A stretch of DNA of 64,000 nucleotides from Somniosus microcephalus. Lineage: Eukaryota. The translations under genes and the position numbers were made by a program. The notes under the pieces were generated by a model, which saw only the letters and a list, made by a program, of their open reading frames with translations, had not been told where the DNA came from and did not search any database. Positions 1 to 12,879 of this stretch are shown here, piece by piece. The stretch covers positions 201,252,001 through 201,316,000 of the forward strand of contig CM126212.1 in assembly GCA_052327205.1 (NCBI GenBank), read 5' to 3'. How positions within the stretch are numbered: the stretch's first letter is position 1; every line of letters begins with the position of its first letter.

Positions 1-895
1 CCCCTTTTTTGTTTTTCAATTCGACCCATATGGTCTCGTTTGATGATCCCTCCAGCATATCATCCCTCCTCACAGCTGCAATAGTTTCTTTAATCAATAC
101 CACGACCCCCCCCCCTCCCTTTTTACCTCACTCTCTATGCCGTCTGAAAATCCTGTAACCAGGAATGTTGAACTGCCATACTTGCCCCCCTTTCAGCCAC
201 GTCTCTGTAATATCTATAATATCATAGTCCCAAGTATCAACCTGTGCCCTCCGCTCATCTGCCTTGTTCGCTATACTCCTTGCATTGACGTATATACCAT
301 TTAGTACAGGCAAACCTCCTTGTTGACTACTATCTAGCCCTTGATTCCTCTGTCCTTCCAATTTACTTTCTACGTTTGTTTTCAATACCAGTTTTTCTTC
401 CCTCCCTACTGACTCTTTTTAGGTTCTCATCCCCCTGCCAAGCTAGTTTAAACCCTCCCCAACAGCACTAGCAACCTCCCCCTCCCCCCCGCGAGGATAT
501 TGGTCCCAGCTCTGTCGAGGTGCAACCCGTCCGTCTTGTACAGGTCCCACCTCTCCCAGAAACGGTCCCAATGCCTCAGGAATCTAAAGCCCTCCCTCCT
601 GCACCATCCTTCCAGCCACGCATTCATCTGCTCTATCCTCCTATTTCTGGACTCACTAGCATGTGGCACCAGGAGTAATCCGGAGATTATTACCTTTTTG
701 AGGGCCTGTTTTGTAATCTGACTCCTAGCTCCCTAAACTCTGCCTGCAGGACCTCATCCCTCTTTCTACCTATGTCATTGGTACCGATATGGACCACGAC
801 ATCTGGCTGTTCACCCTCCCCAGAATGCTTTGCAGCCGTTCGGTGACATCCTTGACCCTGGCACCAGGGAGACAACATACCATCCTGGAGTCACG
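1..895 (-). mobile_element. CR1-type LINE, 5' part: esterase (SGNH/GDSL) ORF1 plus start of ORF2 endonuclease; disrupted, runs off the window edge
   Basis: ORFs 690-878 (VVVHIGTNDIG) and 448-669 (MNAWLEGWCRREGFRF...DGLHL) match CR1 esterase ORF1; ORF 128-385 has APE motifs YVNARSI and IIDITETWL. Confidence 0.85.
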
Positions 896-2535
896 TCATG
901 CATGCTAAAACCAAAAGCACCAGGGTGTAACCAGTCCCACAACCAATGAATCCGAGCAAAGCTCTGTCGCCCTACCACATCTTGTAGAGAACAGAGGTGA
1001 ACAATTTTTCTTCCAGCACAGATCTGAATGGCGGTTTCCTATACACTACTGAGATGAGCTTCAAAAGTTTGGTGTATAGAACAAAGTAACTAGTTGGTTG
1101 GTTTATTGCTTTTCATGCAACAACTTGAGGAGGTCTGCTCTGCCAATTATTGTGAACCCTCTGCACATGACATCTGGCTTTCCTGACGGTTACAGGATGT
1201 GATGTGGCAACTGTGATGTGGTGCGGCCTCATTCGTGAAAGATTCCACCAAAGCACTTTTGTTCTGGCATCTCAAAGAAAAGAAGTCCAGCATGTGCATG
1301 TACCCAGCTTTACAAAAGCTTTACAAAAGTAATCACTGGTGCTCAGCATGTGTCAGCCCATAATGAGTTTGCAGATGTACATTACAATATGTGGATCTGA
1401 CAGTGAAAACCAAACCCTGAGCTCCACTCTAACTGATATCAAGCCTACTCCTTCTGAGACCTCCGTGCCTAGAATGTTCATAATTTCCTCGCAGGAGGTT
1501 AGTGGACACAGTTGCAGCAAACCACCTTCAGTATATTGATTCTCTTTCTTATTAAAGGCTAGCTGCTTCAGCAAAGAGCAGATCGCCCGTTTTGAGATTT
1601 TTTATGACCATTTTTCCATGGAAAGGATTTGAGGAGTTGATTTAAGTGTTGGTTACTAAAAATAGAGACAGGAAAGAGGGGATAAAATACTCTCATGGTC
1701 ATTGGAAGTTTTTAAATAGAACGCTGCATGGGCTTTGCTGAGACTGTGATTAGAAATGCTGGAGGACATTTAGAAGTTACCTTGTTTAAGTCAAGTAAGA
1801 TGACCTACTGATGTAAGCAAGCATGGGCTGTTCTTCACTTTGTATAATTTCATGAAAATCAAGTTGTACTGATAACTGCTGTTCTAAATGTTCACCTGAC
1901 TCTAAAATAAAGTAGCTTATCAATTTGTACCAGGCTTTATTTTGTCCAGCATTTTTTCTTCTGCCTCTGGAAAGATCTGAGAGGTACGTGTGAAAGACGC
2001 GAATATCCAACTGAGGTCACGAGGGTACTGTTGTTACACCCCCAGGGGTACGTTATCATAGAATAGTGCAAGACAATTTCCATTAAAAAAAAATAGATGC
2101 TCAGACTGCTAATGGGAGTGACTGATATCAGAGCAGATCTGAATTTGTAACGATTGGTTACTGGAATACTGAATTACACTGGTGACAAAGACAATTCAAA
2201 ATGTTTAAAATTTAACAGTGAGTCGAACAGAAACACTGCGATTTAAAAATAAAAGTCCAAATCAAAAGACGTTAAACTTGAGTTGTCGAGATAGCAGCTG
2301 AAGAGAATGTGACAGCGTTTCAGTTAGATTTTGAGTGATGTTCAGAGGAAGAAGAGCAATGCAATAGGATGAATAGTTTTGATGTTTTGTTTTTCTTCTG
2401 TTGGCACTTCGGTTCTCATGAGCCTTTATGATAACCGTTCAATTGCCTTCCCCCCCCCCCCGCACCATTATTGGCATCAATAGGCTTTCCAATAGGAATT
2501 CCCCGAAGTGTTTGGAAGAGGGGAAGGAAAGAAGG

Positions 2536-2872
2536 AGCTTGCATTTATATGGCACCTTTCACATCCTCCAGACGTGCTTCAGAGCCAGTGAATTATTTTT
2601 GAAGCGTAGACACTGTTGTTAAATTGGCAAATGCAGCAGCCAATTTTTGCACAGCAAGGTTTCACAAACAACAATGAGACCAGTCAGTCTGTTTTCGTGG
2701 TGTTGGTTGAGAGATAAATGTTGGCCAGAACACACACAACTCCCCTGCTCTTCCAATATTGCCATGAACAATATTTATCTCTCATCCGAAAGACAGTACT
2801 TCCGACAGTGCAGTCCTCTTCAGCACTGTGCTGAAGTGTTGGCATAGATTATGTGCTCAACCTGGAGTGGAG
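2536..2872 (-). mobile_element. tRNA-derived DeuSINE/SacSINE1-like SINE, degraded
   Basis: Shares tail (ttgcatttatat..gcacctttc) and core (ctcatccgaaagac) with the copies at 4375 and 52690. Confidence 0.7.
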
Positions 2873-2884
2873 CATTATATGGGA

Positions 2885-4140
2885 CTACATAGGATATACA
2901 GCACAGAAACAGGCCATTTGGCCCAACCAGATTATACTCCTCTTGAGCCTCCTCCCATCTTTCCTCATCTAACTCTATCAGCATGACCCTCTATTCCCCT
3001 CTCCCTCATATGCTTATCTAGCCTCCCCTTAAATGCATCTATACTATTTGTTTCAACCAGTCCCTATGGTAGCGAGTTCCACATTCTCACCACTCTTTGG
3101 GTAAAGAAGTTTCTTCTGAATTCCCTTTTTGATTTCTTGGTGACTATCTTATATTGATGGCCTCTAGTTTTGCTCTTCCCCACAAGTGGAAACACTCTGG
3201 GCTGGATTTTCATTGAGGAGGCGTGTAGGAGCGGGACTACAACTTTCGGGGTTGTAGTCCCGCCTCCATCGAGTTGTAGCCAACCCATGCAATTTTGACT
3301 TGATTGACCTTGTTGAGCCCGCCCAGCCGGCTCAGCAGGCCAATTAAGGGCCACCCGGCAACAGGTGACATCACAGATTGTCATTTCATCTGTCAAGACC
3401 TTTTGACAGATGAAATATCAGCTTTCGACAGCTGTTTGAAGCTGTCAAACACTGACAATCTGTACTCCAGGTTAATTCCTTCCTCTCAGGCTGATTTAGA
3501 GATCTCTCCGGAACAGAAAGCTGAATGCTGCAATTTTTGACAGATCACGGCCATTCTGCTTTCTGTGCCGGTGAGATGAGGGACTCCCGAGACCTGAAGG
3601 AAGGAAGGCTGTAAAGATAAGTAAAACTTCTTTAAACACTTTACACACACCCAACACACTTACCTCTGCACTCATGCACCCATCACTCACCTGAACACCG
3701 GGCATCTCGAACCCTCCAAGTCCTTCAGCCTGACGGCCCGCCTCGCTAACTTGGCGTGGTTTGGAGCCATCGGGAATCCCACACTTCACCAATGAAAATA
3801 GGAATTAGGTTAAAAACTGCCTGTTAACTACCTGTTAACAGGCAGTTAATTGACACTAATCCCCTTCCCGCCTCGGGGAGGCGGGTCCCAGCGCGGGTCA
3901 GGTACCTGCCTCCTTTGAAACTGGCATGGGGGCGGGATGGGTTCGTGCCCCCCCCCCCCCCAATTTCAGGATTTTAACCCCCCACACGCCTCCTATCTCG
4001 CCTCCACTGCCCAAACCCTGCCCTCTGTATCCACTCTCAAAACCTTTCATAATTTTAAAGACCTCTATTAGGTCACCCCTCATATTTGTCTTTTCAAAAG
4101 AAAAGGGACCCAGCCTGTTCATCTTTTCCTGCTAGGTATA
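2885..4140 (-). mobile_element. CR1 LINE 3' fragment interrupted by a MITE
   Basis: Minus-strand peptides RGDLIEVFKIMKGF and KTRGHQYKI...RRNFFTQRVVRMWNSLP flank the insertion at 3199-4023. Confidence 0.8.
3199..4023. mobile_element. Non-autonomous DNA transposon (PIF/Harbinger-like MITE)
   Basis: Imperfect TIR GGGCTGGATTTT...AAACCCTGCCC; 3-bp TSD TCT (3196-3198, 4024-4026); splits a CR1; body similar to 32950-33798. Confidence 0.75.
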
Positions 4141-4374
4141 ACATGAATCCATGACTTTGACTTGGAGGAGAGCTTGCTACTACTGAGCCAAGCTGACACT
4201 TCTATGGCGAGATGCTAGTCAAGTTATACTGTGTGCAAGAGGAGCTCAGTACCCACCGAATGGTACTTTCATATCAGCATCTACAGGCAGAAGTGCTTTA
4301 ACAGACAATTAGTGCATGCAGAGGTTCATCTTCTGAAAGGAAGCTGGTACAGCATACCAACAGCAACACTAAAA

Positions 4375-4784
4375 AAGACTTGCATTTATATCGCGCCTTT
4401 CATGAGCACCGGACATCCCAAAGCGCTTTACATCGAATAAAGTATTTTTTGAAGTGTGGTCACTGTTGTAATGTTGGAAACGCAGCAGCCAATTTGCGCA
4501 CAGCAAGCTCCCACAAACCGCAATGTGATAATGACCAGAAGTTGTTTAGATGTTGATTGAGGGATAAATATTGGCCAGGACACCAGGGATAACTCCCCTG
4601 CTCTTCTTCGAAATAGTGCCACCTGAGAGAGCAGACGGGGCCTCGGTTTAACGTCTCATCCGAAAGACGGCACCACACGGAGTGTCAGCCTAGATTTTTG
4701 AGCTCCAGTCTCTGGAGTGGGACCTGAACCCACAACCTTCTAACTCTGAGGCGAGGGTGCTACCAACTGAGCCACAGCTGACAC
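4375..4784 (-). mobile_element. DeuSINE/SacSINE1-like SINE, near full length
   Basis: Minus strand has A box TGGCTCAGTTGG, B box GGTTCAGGTCC, Deu-like core gtgccgtctttcggatgagacgttaaaccgagg and tail ggcgcgatataaatgcaagtcttt. Confidence 0.8.
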
Positions 4785-5808
4785 TATATGTGAATGCCTG
4801 ACTGTCAATGCTGGAAGCACCTCCAGCTTTTGTAGCACTGAATGAAAGCCTGCATGCCAGCATGTGTTCAACAGCCTGTGTTTCATGATTGGTTGCACCC
4901 ATCATAATTGCTGTCCCGAGCAAACTTACCTGCTGATCATCATTGGTAACTGTCTTCAAGTCAGCAGAGAGCCAGGTGCAGAGCTATACCATCTGCTTGA
5001 AGGACCCCAGAAGCCACCATGCTAGAGTATAGGGCTGGCCCATCCAGTGATATTAATAGTCAACTATATAGGCCTGAAACTTGGCTCCATTTCCTTGCAG
5101 GCATGCTGTAATACTGACCTATGGAGATGGTGCTGTGGAGTAGCACAGAGGTCCACTCTGTTTGCAAGCACCTCGTGCAGCACCACCACCTCTTCAGCAG
5201 TCATTGAACAGGTGGTGGGTACTGGGCTGTTCCAACACTTGCCTTTAGATTCTTGCTTGCATTTTTGCTTGTCACTACTTCGCTCCCTCACTGTTTAGCC
5301 TTGGCAAAGCCCTCTAATGAGTTGGCATGCCTTCTGAGCTTTTCCAAAGGCTTTCAAAAATATTGCCCCTATTTTGATGTCCTTTAATTGCCCCCTACCC
5401 TTTAAATGTCACTTGCATGCAATTTCCACTTGGACTACTAGTGCTGCTTCCTGTCCCTGTCCCAGTTTGGACTTGAAACTATGCAAATGGGCTAACCTTG
5501 AAAAAGTTTGTGCAAACTGCACATCTTCATTTGAATCTGTACACAATCTGCCAATAACCATTCTAGTTTAAACGATGCCAATATATGAAAATCAAAGCTT
5601 TTTTTTTGCTTTATGCAATCAGGCTTCGAATTCAGCCCAGAAACAAATTAAAGGGTTTCCCTATATGAAAGTTCTAAGGAAAGTCTCAGTTCAGTCTTTT
5701 ATGGATATGAGCTAACAAATCGAAAACTACATGAACATTTAGCACTGCTGAATTTCATTTTTTTTTAAGAATTTCATATTTTTAAGAATTTCTAACTTTT
5801 ATTTTCAG

Positions 5809-5946
5809 ATTATTTTTATAATTTTGGATGGAAGGACTATGGAGTGGCTTCTCTCACCACTATCCTTGATATGGTCAAAGTTATGGCTTTTGCCCTACAA
5901 GAAGGAAAAGTGGCTATTCACTGTCACGCAGGACTTGGAAGGACAG
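5809..5946 (+). CDS. PTPDC1: PTPDC1 exon encoding the phosphatase catalytic loop
   Basis: ttttcag| acceptor, G|gtaaga donor, phase 1-1, 138 nt; YFYNFGWKDYGVASLTTILDMVKVMAFALQEGKVAIHCHAGLGRT with intact CX5R (5919-5945); near-identical to vertebrate PTPDC1 as I recall it. Confidence 0.96.
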
Positions 5947-6252
5947 GTAAGAGATAAGACAGTACTGTTCTTGCAGATTATTTTCTGTAGATGTTTGTGG
6001 TTTTCTTTCAGAATTCAGAATACAACTAAATACATATTTGATTAATTGTATCCTGTCCCAAAAAATATTTGAAGTTCACAGTAAAAGTAATTATTTATAA
6101 TTATATATGTAGTGAATAGCCTGGAGATTTGCTGCACTGTTTAACTCTAACTCACGTTTTCTCCCTTTTTGTATAATGCTGCATCTTATGGTGTCCCAAT
6201 AAGCAGTAGATCCAGATTTGTACAGCAAAATTTGGTAATGGTGTACAGAAAA

Positions 6253-7308
6253 TTCATTACTGGGATGTGGACGTCACTGGCAAGGCCAGCATTTATTGCC
6301 CATCCCTAATTGCCCTCGAGAAGGTGGTGGTGAGCCACCTTCTTGAACTGCTGCAGTCCGTGTGGTGAAAGTACTCCCATAGTGCTGTTAGTAGAGAGGG
6401 AGTTCCAGGATTTTAGTGGAGGGAGTGAATGTTTAAGGTGGTGGATGGGGTGCCAATCAAGCAGGCTGCTTTGTCCTGGATGTTGTTGAGCTTCTTGAGT
6501 GTTGGAGCTGCATTCATCCAGGCAAGTGGAGAGTATTCCATCACACTCCTGACTTGTGCCTTGTAGATGGTGGAAAGGCTTTGGGGAGTCAGGAGGTGAG
6601 ACACTCACCCCAGAATACCCAGCCTCTGGCCTGCTCTTGTGGCCACAGTATTTATGTGGCTGGTCCAGTTAGGTTTCTGGCACTTGTGTGGCGTGAATGT
6701 TACTTGCCACTTATCAGCCCAAGCCTGAATGTCATCCAGGTCTTGCTGCATGCAGGCATGGACTGCTTCATTATCTGAGGAGTTTCGAATGGAACTGAAC
6801 ACTGTGCCATCATTAGCGAACATCCCCACTTCTGACCTTATGATGGATAGAAGGTTATTGATGAAGCAGCTGAAGATGATTGCACCTAGGACACTGCCCT
6901 GAGGAACTCCTGCAACGATGTCTTGGGGCTGAGATGATTGGCCTCCGACAACCACAACCACCTTCCTTTGTGCTAGGTATGACTCCAGCCAGTGGAGAGT
7001 TTCCCCCTTGATTCCCATTGACTTCAATTTTACTAGAGCTCCTTGATGGCACGCTCTGTAAAATGCTGCCTTGATGTCAAGGGCAGTCACTCTCGCCTCA
7101 CCTCTGGAATTCAGCTCTTTTGTCCATGTTTGGACCAAGGCTGTAATGAGGTCTGGAGCCAAGTGGTCCTAGCGGAACCCAAACTGAGGATCGGTGAGCA
7201 GGTTATTGGTGAGTAAGTGCCGATGACACCTTCCATCACTTTGTTGATGATTGAAAGTAGACTGTTGGGATGGTAATTGGTTGGATTGGATTTGTCCTGC
7301 TTTTTGTA
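6253..7308 (-). mobile_element. 5'-truncated, internally deleted copy of the LINE at 37853-41140
   Basis: ORFs 6605-7162, 6413-6604 and 6306-6608 are near-identical to segments of the 765-aa RT ORF; same 3' end (HHHLLEGN*, gggatgggcaataaatgctggcc). Confidence 0.9.
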
Positions 7309-7780
7309 ATGTAAGAAACTATTTTTCTTTTTTGAGAGTATGTTGCCTAACTTTTACTTCAATTTTCCCTTTGGGTGTCACCTGACCATGCCCTGCCCTG
7401 TGGCTAAGAGGGCAGGGGTTAACTGACCTCTGCCAATGTCATGTTTGAGTTGGGCATAATGAGGGATGTAAAATCTCCTTATGCCCAACTCACCCTCTAA
7501 TTTTTCTCTCCCCACCCTGTTGGGAGGTGCATCGAACTTGAGAGTGGAATTGTGCCTTTATAGAGTTCCAACTATTTAGGTTATATTATTTCCTTTACCA
7601 CTTGGTTTAGAGATGCTTTATCCCACACAGCTAGAACTTCATCTGGCATAGCTCTAGTTTGGTGTAGTAAAACCCAACAGAAAATCTTGCTTTTCATTCT
7701 AGAATGCATCTTTGAGTCATAAAAGGTATTTCATTCTGAATAATTTTGTTTAACTTTGAAACTCCCTTGTATCTCCTTAG

Positions 7781-9099
7781 GAGTCTTGACAGCTTGCTAC
7801 CTAGTCTTTGCAACAAGGATGAGTGCAGACCAAGCAATACTGTTTGTTCGTGCGAAGAGGCCAAATGCAATTCAGACCCGTGGGCAGTTGTTGTGTGTCC
7901 GGGAATTTTCCCAGCTCCTGATTCCATTACGAAATGTATTTTCTTGCTGTGAACCAAAAGCGCACGCTGTTACAATTGCTCAGTACCTCATTCGCCAGCG
8001 TCACCTGCTGCACGGGTATGAAGCGCGGCAGCTCAGACATGTGCCAAAAATAATTAACCTGGCTTGTAAATTGTTAATAGACTTTGCAGAAAACAAGCAA
8101 TTGATTGAAGAAGGAAGTATAGAGATCCCAGATCTTTCAGCAGAAATTGAAAAGACTGTTTCACAGTTGTCCATAATTCAATTGGATAAAGAATTTGATA
8201 GCCAAGGCTTTGATATGGGAGATCATTTTGAGCACAATGTGGTGTCTGCAACGGAATTTATTCCTAATGACTCGGTAATGGTTAGTGAGCAAGAATTTGA
8301 CCCTCTTTGGAAACGCCGTAATGCAGACTTCCTTCAGCCCTTGTCCCACCTGAAAAAGCGCCTCAGCTATAGTGAGTCAGATCTTCAGAGAGCTGAACTC
8401 TTTACAGAGCAAAGTGAGACACCTCTTACAGCACCTACACAGATGGCTTTCTCTGGCAAGTTCCATCCACAAAGTTTGTCTCAGCTCAATCTCAGACAGC
8501 CCAGTCCAATGCCAATGGACACTAACCATATCAGCCCATCTGTTCTGAAAATACCAGAGCTTTGTCTTATTAAGCAAAGTCCATCAATTACCTTTAGATC
8601 CAGTCTCTGGGAATGTCACAAATCTTATAATGCAAATGACCAAAAAGTGGAATCTCCTCTTTTTCTAAGGAGAAAACTGCCAAAAGAGATCCATAGAACA
8701 TTTTCCTTAAGATCATCAACTACAGCTGCTGCACTAAAATATTTGATCTCTGAGACACCTAATACAGTTATCACTTCTTCTCATGGTACTAGTAAAATTA
8801 ATGAGGAAGAATGTACCAGGGTTAATACCACCAGTAAACAGAATGCCAGGGCTGCGAAGGAAAACTTTTTCCCTTCTCCACTCTGCAAAAAATCTACAAA
8901 TAAAGCTTCAGTAATTCACAAAAAAGTGTTTCTGATTCGGGATGAAGAGAGAAAAGCTAACTGGCCAGCTGAAGATATTCCATGTATTACTATGCACTCA
9001 GAATTGAGCATTGAAGGAAGGAGATTGGCAGCAGGAAAAGCCCTGGCATTTTGCATGGATTTTGATGAAGATCTCATGGATAAAATTGAAATGTGGCAG
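7781..9099 (+). CDS. PTPDC1: PTPDC1 large exon (end of phosphatase domain plus long Ser/Pro-rich linker)
   Basis: ctccttag| acceptor continues G-VLTACYLVFATRMSADQAILFVRAKRPNAIQTRGQ in phase with the previous exon; ends DKIEMWQ|gtgagt. Confidence 0.96.
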
Positions 9100-9180
9100 G
9101 TGAGTTATTTTGCAATATATTTACAGTGTATAACTTAATTGTTTTAATTAACATTTGTGATATGAATTATATCTGATGTC

Positions 9181-9224
9181 ATCTCCCGCCCGTCCCCGTC
9201 TCCCGCCCGTCCCCGTCTCTCGCC
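9181..9224. repeat. Short GC-rich tandem repeat, 17-bp unit (tctcccgcccgtccccg), about 2.5 copies
   Basis: Read directly from the sequence. Confidence 0.7.
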
Positions 9225-10059
9225 TACCAGTACACGCTTTCCCAGGTTTCAAATTATAGCCCATTTTGGACTCTTTCCAATTGTCCGAAGCTGACGCTGT
9301 ATTGGTAACAGTGGTGGTTTTTATTTGATATAAGACTTAATAGATTATAGAATTTGAGCAGCAGTTTACAAGGTACAGTGGAGAATTATATTACCCCGGT
9401 GTTCCTTGTGTAGAAGTTGTAACGTCCTGTTCCACGTTCCTCCTGCAGTTCGCCCTCGTTCACCCTCCAGGTGCTCGCTGTTGAATCTTCTACACTGAGT
9501 GGTTCCAAGCCCCCTGGTTATACCTCACAAACAGGAACTTGCAGCACAATTCAGCCAATCACGTTTTCTCCCATACTCCCCCCAAACCTACCCAATCATA
9601 TTGATGATGCAGACAGGCCAGTCTCATCACAATCTTCTATTGTCTCTGGGTTAATGGCCCATCCTGCAGACCTTGAAACTAACAGCCTTACTGAATGTAA
9701 TCAAGTCTCAAAACATTGTCCTCTTTACTAATTTAACTAGAGGAATGAATGTAACTGGCCTAGCAAAGCTAAGAGATTAAATGTAGTCTACCAAGGCTAC
9801 AAGATTACAAACTAATCAAAGTGGTTGCAGATTGGGCAAAGAAAAAAACAGCATACTTGGATCGGTTGCTCCAAATACCTTTTTTAAACCCATACTTCCT
9901 TACAAAATATCAACCAATCTTTAAACTCAACACTGCCTCTCACCTACTTTTCTCTATTACTCTGGTCCTTGCTCTATAGCAGCCAAAAGGACACTTAGCA
10001 GCGTCAAGCCCAGGGTGCACAATCACTTTAACCATTATCAGGCCACCACAAGACTTGAT

Positions 10060-10915
10060 TGAAGGTTGACTAGGGTAGTGCGGTTGATGTTGTTGTGTAT
10101 ATGGATTTTCAAAGGCGTTTGATAAAGTACTACATAATAGACTTGTTACGAAGCGATTCATTTTGGTAGGAAGAATGAGGATTGGCAATATAAACTAAAT
10201 GATACAATTTTAAAGGGAGTGCAGGAACAGAGAGACCTGGTGGTGTATGTACACAAGTCTTTGACGGTGGCAGGACAAGCTGAGAAGGCTGTTAAAAAGA
10301 CATACAGGCTCCTTGGCTTTATAAACAATGCATAGAGTACAGAAGCAAGAATGTTATGCTAAACCTTTATAAAACACTGATTAGGCCTCAGCTGGAGTAT
10401 TGTTTCCAATTCTGGGCACCGCACTTTAGGAAGGAGGTCAAGGCCATGGAGAGGGTGCAGAGGAGATTTACTAGAATGGTACCAGGGATGAGGGACTTCA
10501 GTTATGTGGAGAGACTAGAGAAACGGGTTGTTCTCCTTGGAGTAGAGAAGGTTAAGGGGTGTTCAAAATCATGAAGGGTTTTGATAGAGTAAATAAGGAG
10601 AAACTGTTTCCAGTGGCAGAAGGTTTGGTAACCAGAGAACATAGGTTTAAGGTGATTGGCAAGAGAACCAGAAGGGACATGAGCAAAATAAACGACACAG
10701 CAAGTTGTTCTGATCTGGTGTGCACTGCCTGAAAGGGCGGTGGAAGCAGATTAAGTAGTAACTTTCAAAAGGGAATTGGATAAATACTTGAAGTTGAAAA
10801 ATTTACAGGGCTTTGGGGAAAGAGCAGGGGAGTGGGACTAATTGCATAGCTCTTTCAAAGAGCCGGCACAAGCACGATGGGCCCAATGACTTTCTGTGCT
10901 GTATCATTCTAAGAT
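10060..10915 (+). mobile_element. CR1 LINE RT/3' fragment
   Basis: LNLYKTLIRPQLEYCFQFWAPHFRKEVKAMERVQRRFTRMVPG; CR1 3' tail gagccggcacaagcacgatgggcc. Confidence 0.85.
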
Positions 10916-12737
10916 TGTGTGATATGCCCAGATATGGAATAAAGCTCCCTATATTTGTCTCCAACTTCAAGAGCTTCCCACTACTGTACCTTTGCGATTT
11001 TTTTCCATTTCCCATGTTAACTATCCTTGGCTTCTTTTATGCTATGATTCTGAATTTAGTGCTGAACTGTGGGTAGTTTTGTGCCGTGAGGCCATATCCA
11101 TTAATAACTGATTAAAACGGTCACTCATTTCATGTTGAACTCTTACAGCTGGTAGTGAGAAGAGATTTTAATCCCATCAGTCTGGGCTGAATTGGAACCC
11201 TGTGCTTCCTGGTCTCCCTCTTTTGTATTTTGATAAAATATATATGATGTCATAAGCTGCAAGAATTAAGCTTGGGCGGTTTATACTCAGCATCTGAACT
11301 CTGCAATGAAGCCATTCCCTTTAATCAGTCCTATAATTTATTATGCTCTATAACGTCTACATTTTGAATTTGGTGGGGCAGCTTTGATTAATTGTCTGTC
11401 CATTATTTGTTTGCCAGTAGCAGGCCTTATGGTCAGTAATGATGATCAAGCAATGCTATGCAGCTGATGTACGTCAATCACCTAAATGATGTTGAATGAT
11501 AATCTACAACTGATTAATGGGAAATAAGGCATTTACATTTTATTAGATCTAACATTTTAAAAAGCCAATTTAGAGTTACTCAATGAATTGCCTTTTGAAT
11601 TGAAAATAACATCTGTGACTTTATGAATTTATTTCTGAACTTCAGAGTTCAACCTCAAAATTTCACCATGGCTTTGATCTCCAAAAAGACATGGCAAGAA
11701 GTCATTTGAAAACCAGCATCCTGTTACCATAAATTATTCATGCACTCTTCTGGTGATTGCACAGATCGTGTTTACACAGTTTGACAAATGTTTTGACAAG
11801 CCAAAACCCTTCACATTTAAGGCTGAATTCTTTTGAATTGAATAAATTTTGGAACAGTTCCATGGTCAGTCTGAAATTAACTATCTTTTAACCCTTTAAC
11901 TGGATTATAGCTTATTGAAAATCTTATTATTGCATTAAGCTCTGGATGTTTGGAAGTTATGTTTAAAGCTAACCTTTGATTTAAAAAAAAGTTTCTAACT
12001 GCCATCTGTATAATTTCACTAAACAGCATAAAGCCACGTTTTGTTCTTCAAATTATTATACAAAAAGGTGCCATGGAAACTAAACCCAGATGTTTTACAT
12101 GTTTACTAGTAGAGATATTTAGTAGTATGATTAAAAGGGATAATACTATTTTATGGATTTATTCTGGTGCAGAATATAATGCACAAAATCTTCAAATTAA
12201 AAAATTATAATTATTGAAATATAGATATTACTGTTTTTGACTGGCTTATGAACACTTAATGTGTTTAATGACATTCCTTGTGCTATTTTAATAATAACCT
12301 GTGTGTTAAGTTTTCAAGTGCAAATATTGCTAATGGTATTTTGTGGGCAGCAGCCTTGATTGTTTCATGCATAATTAATGGCAGTAGATTTTTTTCAATC
12401 CCAGTTTTGCCATTATTTATTATTTCCTGTATGTTGTAATCACATAAAATATAACCAACAACTAATCATTTAAAAAGTGCTAAAACCAATATCATTAAAT
12501 GAGAAGTACAATAAGTGGGAAAGGCAACACTGTCAATATAAATAATGTGTTTCAAAATGTCCTGCATGGTAGTTGATAATCCTGTTTTCATCATTATCAT
12601 GGTTAGCAATTAACTTCATAGGGAATCCCGCAGAGCAGCATTCGGACTGTTCCTGGAAACTGAATGAGGGGTGTTCCAGAGCCACTGCTGATACTTCAAT
12701 AGCTGAGGTCAGTCAAGCAACTGCTTATGGAATCATA

Positions 12738-12877
12738 GGGGGTAGTTTTCACCTTCATCGCTTGGACGTAAACTAGTAGACCGGATCACCTGCCTGTTAT
12801 AGAACCCGCCTGAGTTTCATTTTGGCCGATCTGCTCCACCAGTTTACCGCCCAAACAGTGATGGTAAAAGGTAACCC
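12738..12877. mobile_element. Short palindromic MITE (Harbinger-like termini)
   Basis: Imperfect inverted arms ggggtagttttcaccttcatcg...cagtgatggtaaaaggtaaccc and internal gtaaactagtagaccggatc/gatctgctccaccagtttac. Confidence 0.55.
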
Positions 12878-12879
12878 TG

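Noticed and set aside
900-5800. Additional upstream PTPDC1 exons
   Set aside because: No segment translating to the expected preceding phosphatase sequence was found; the region reads as intron filled with repeats.
7756-9138. 460-aa ORF as a stand-alone gene
   Set aside because: It is an internal PTPDC1 exon (7781-9099); the ORF ends are intronic read-through.
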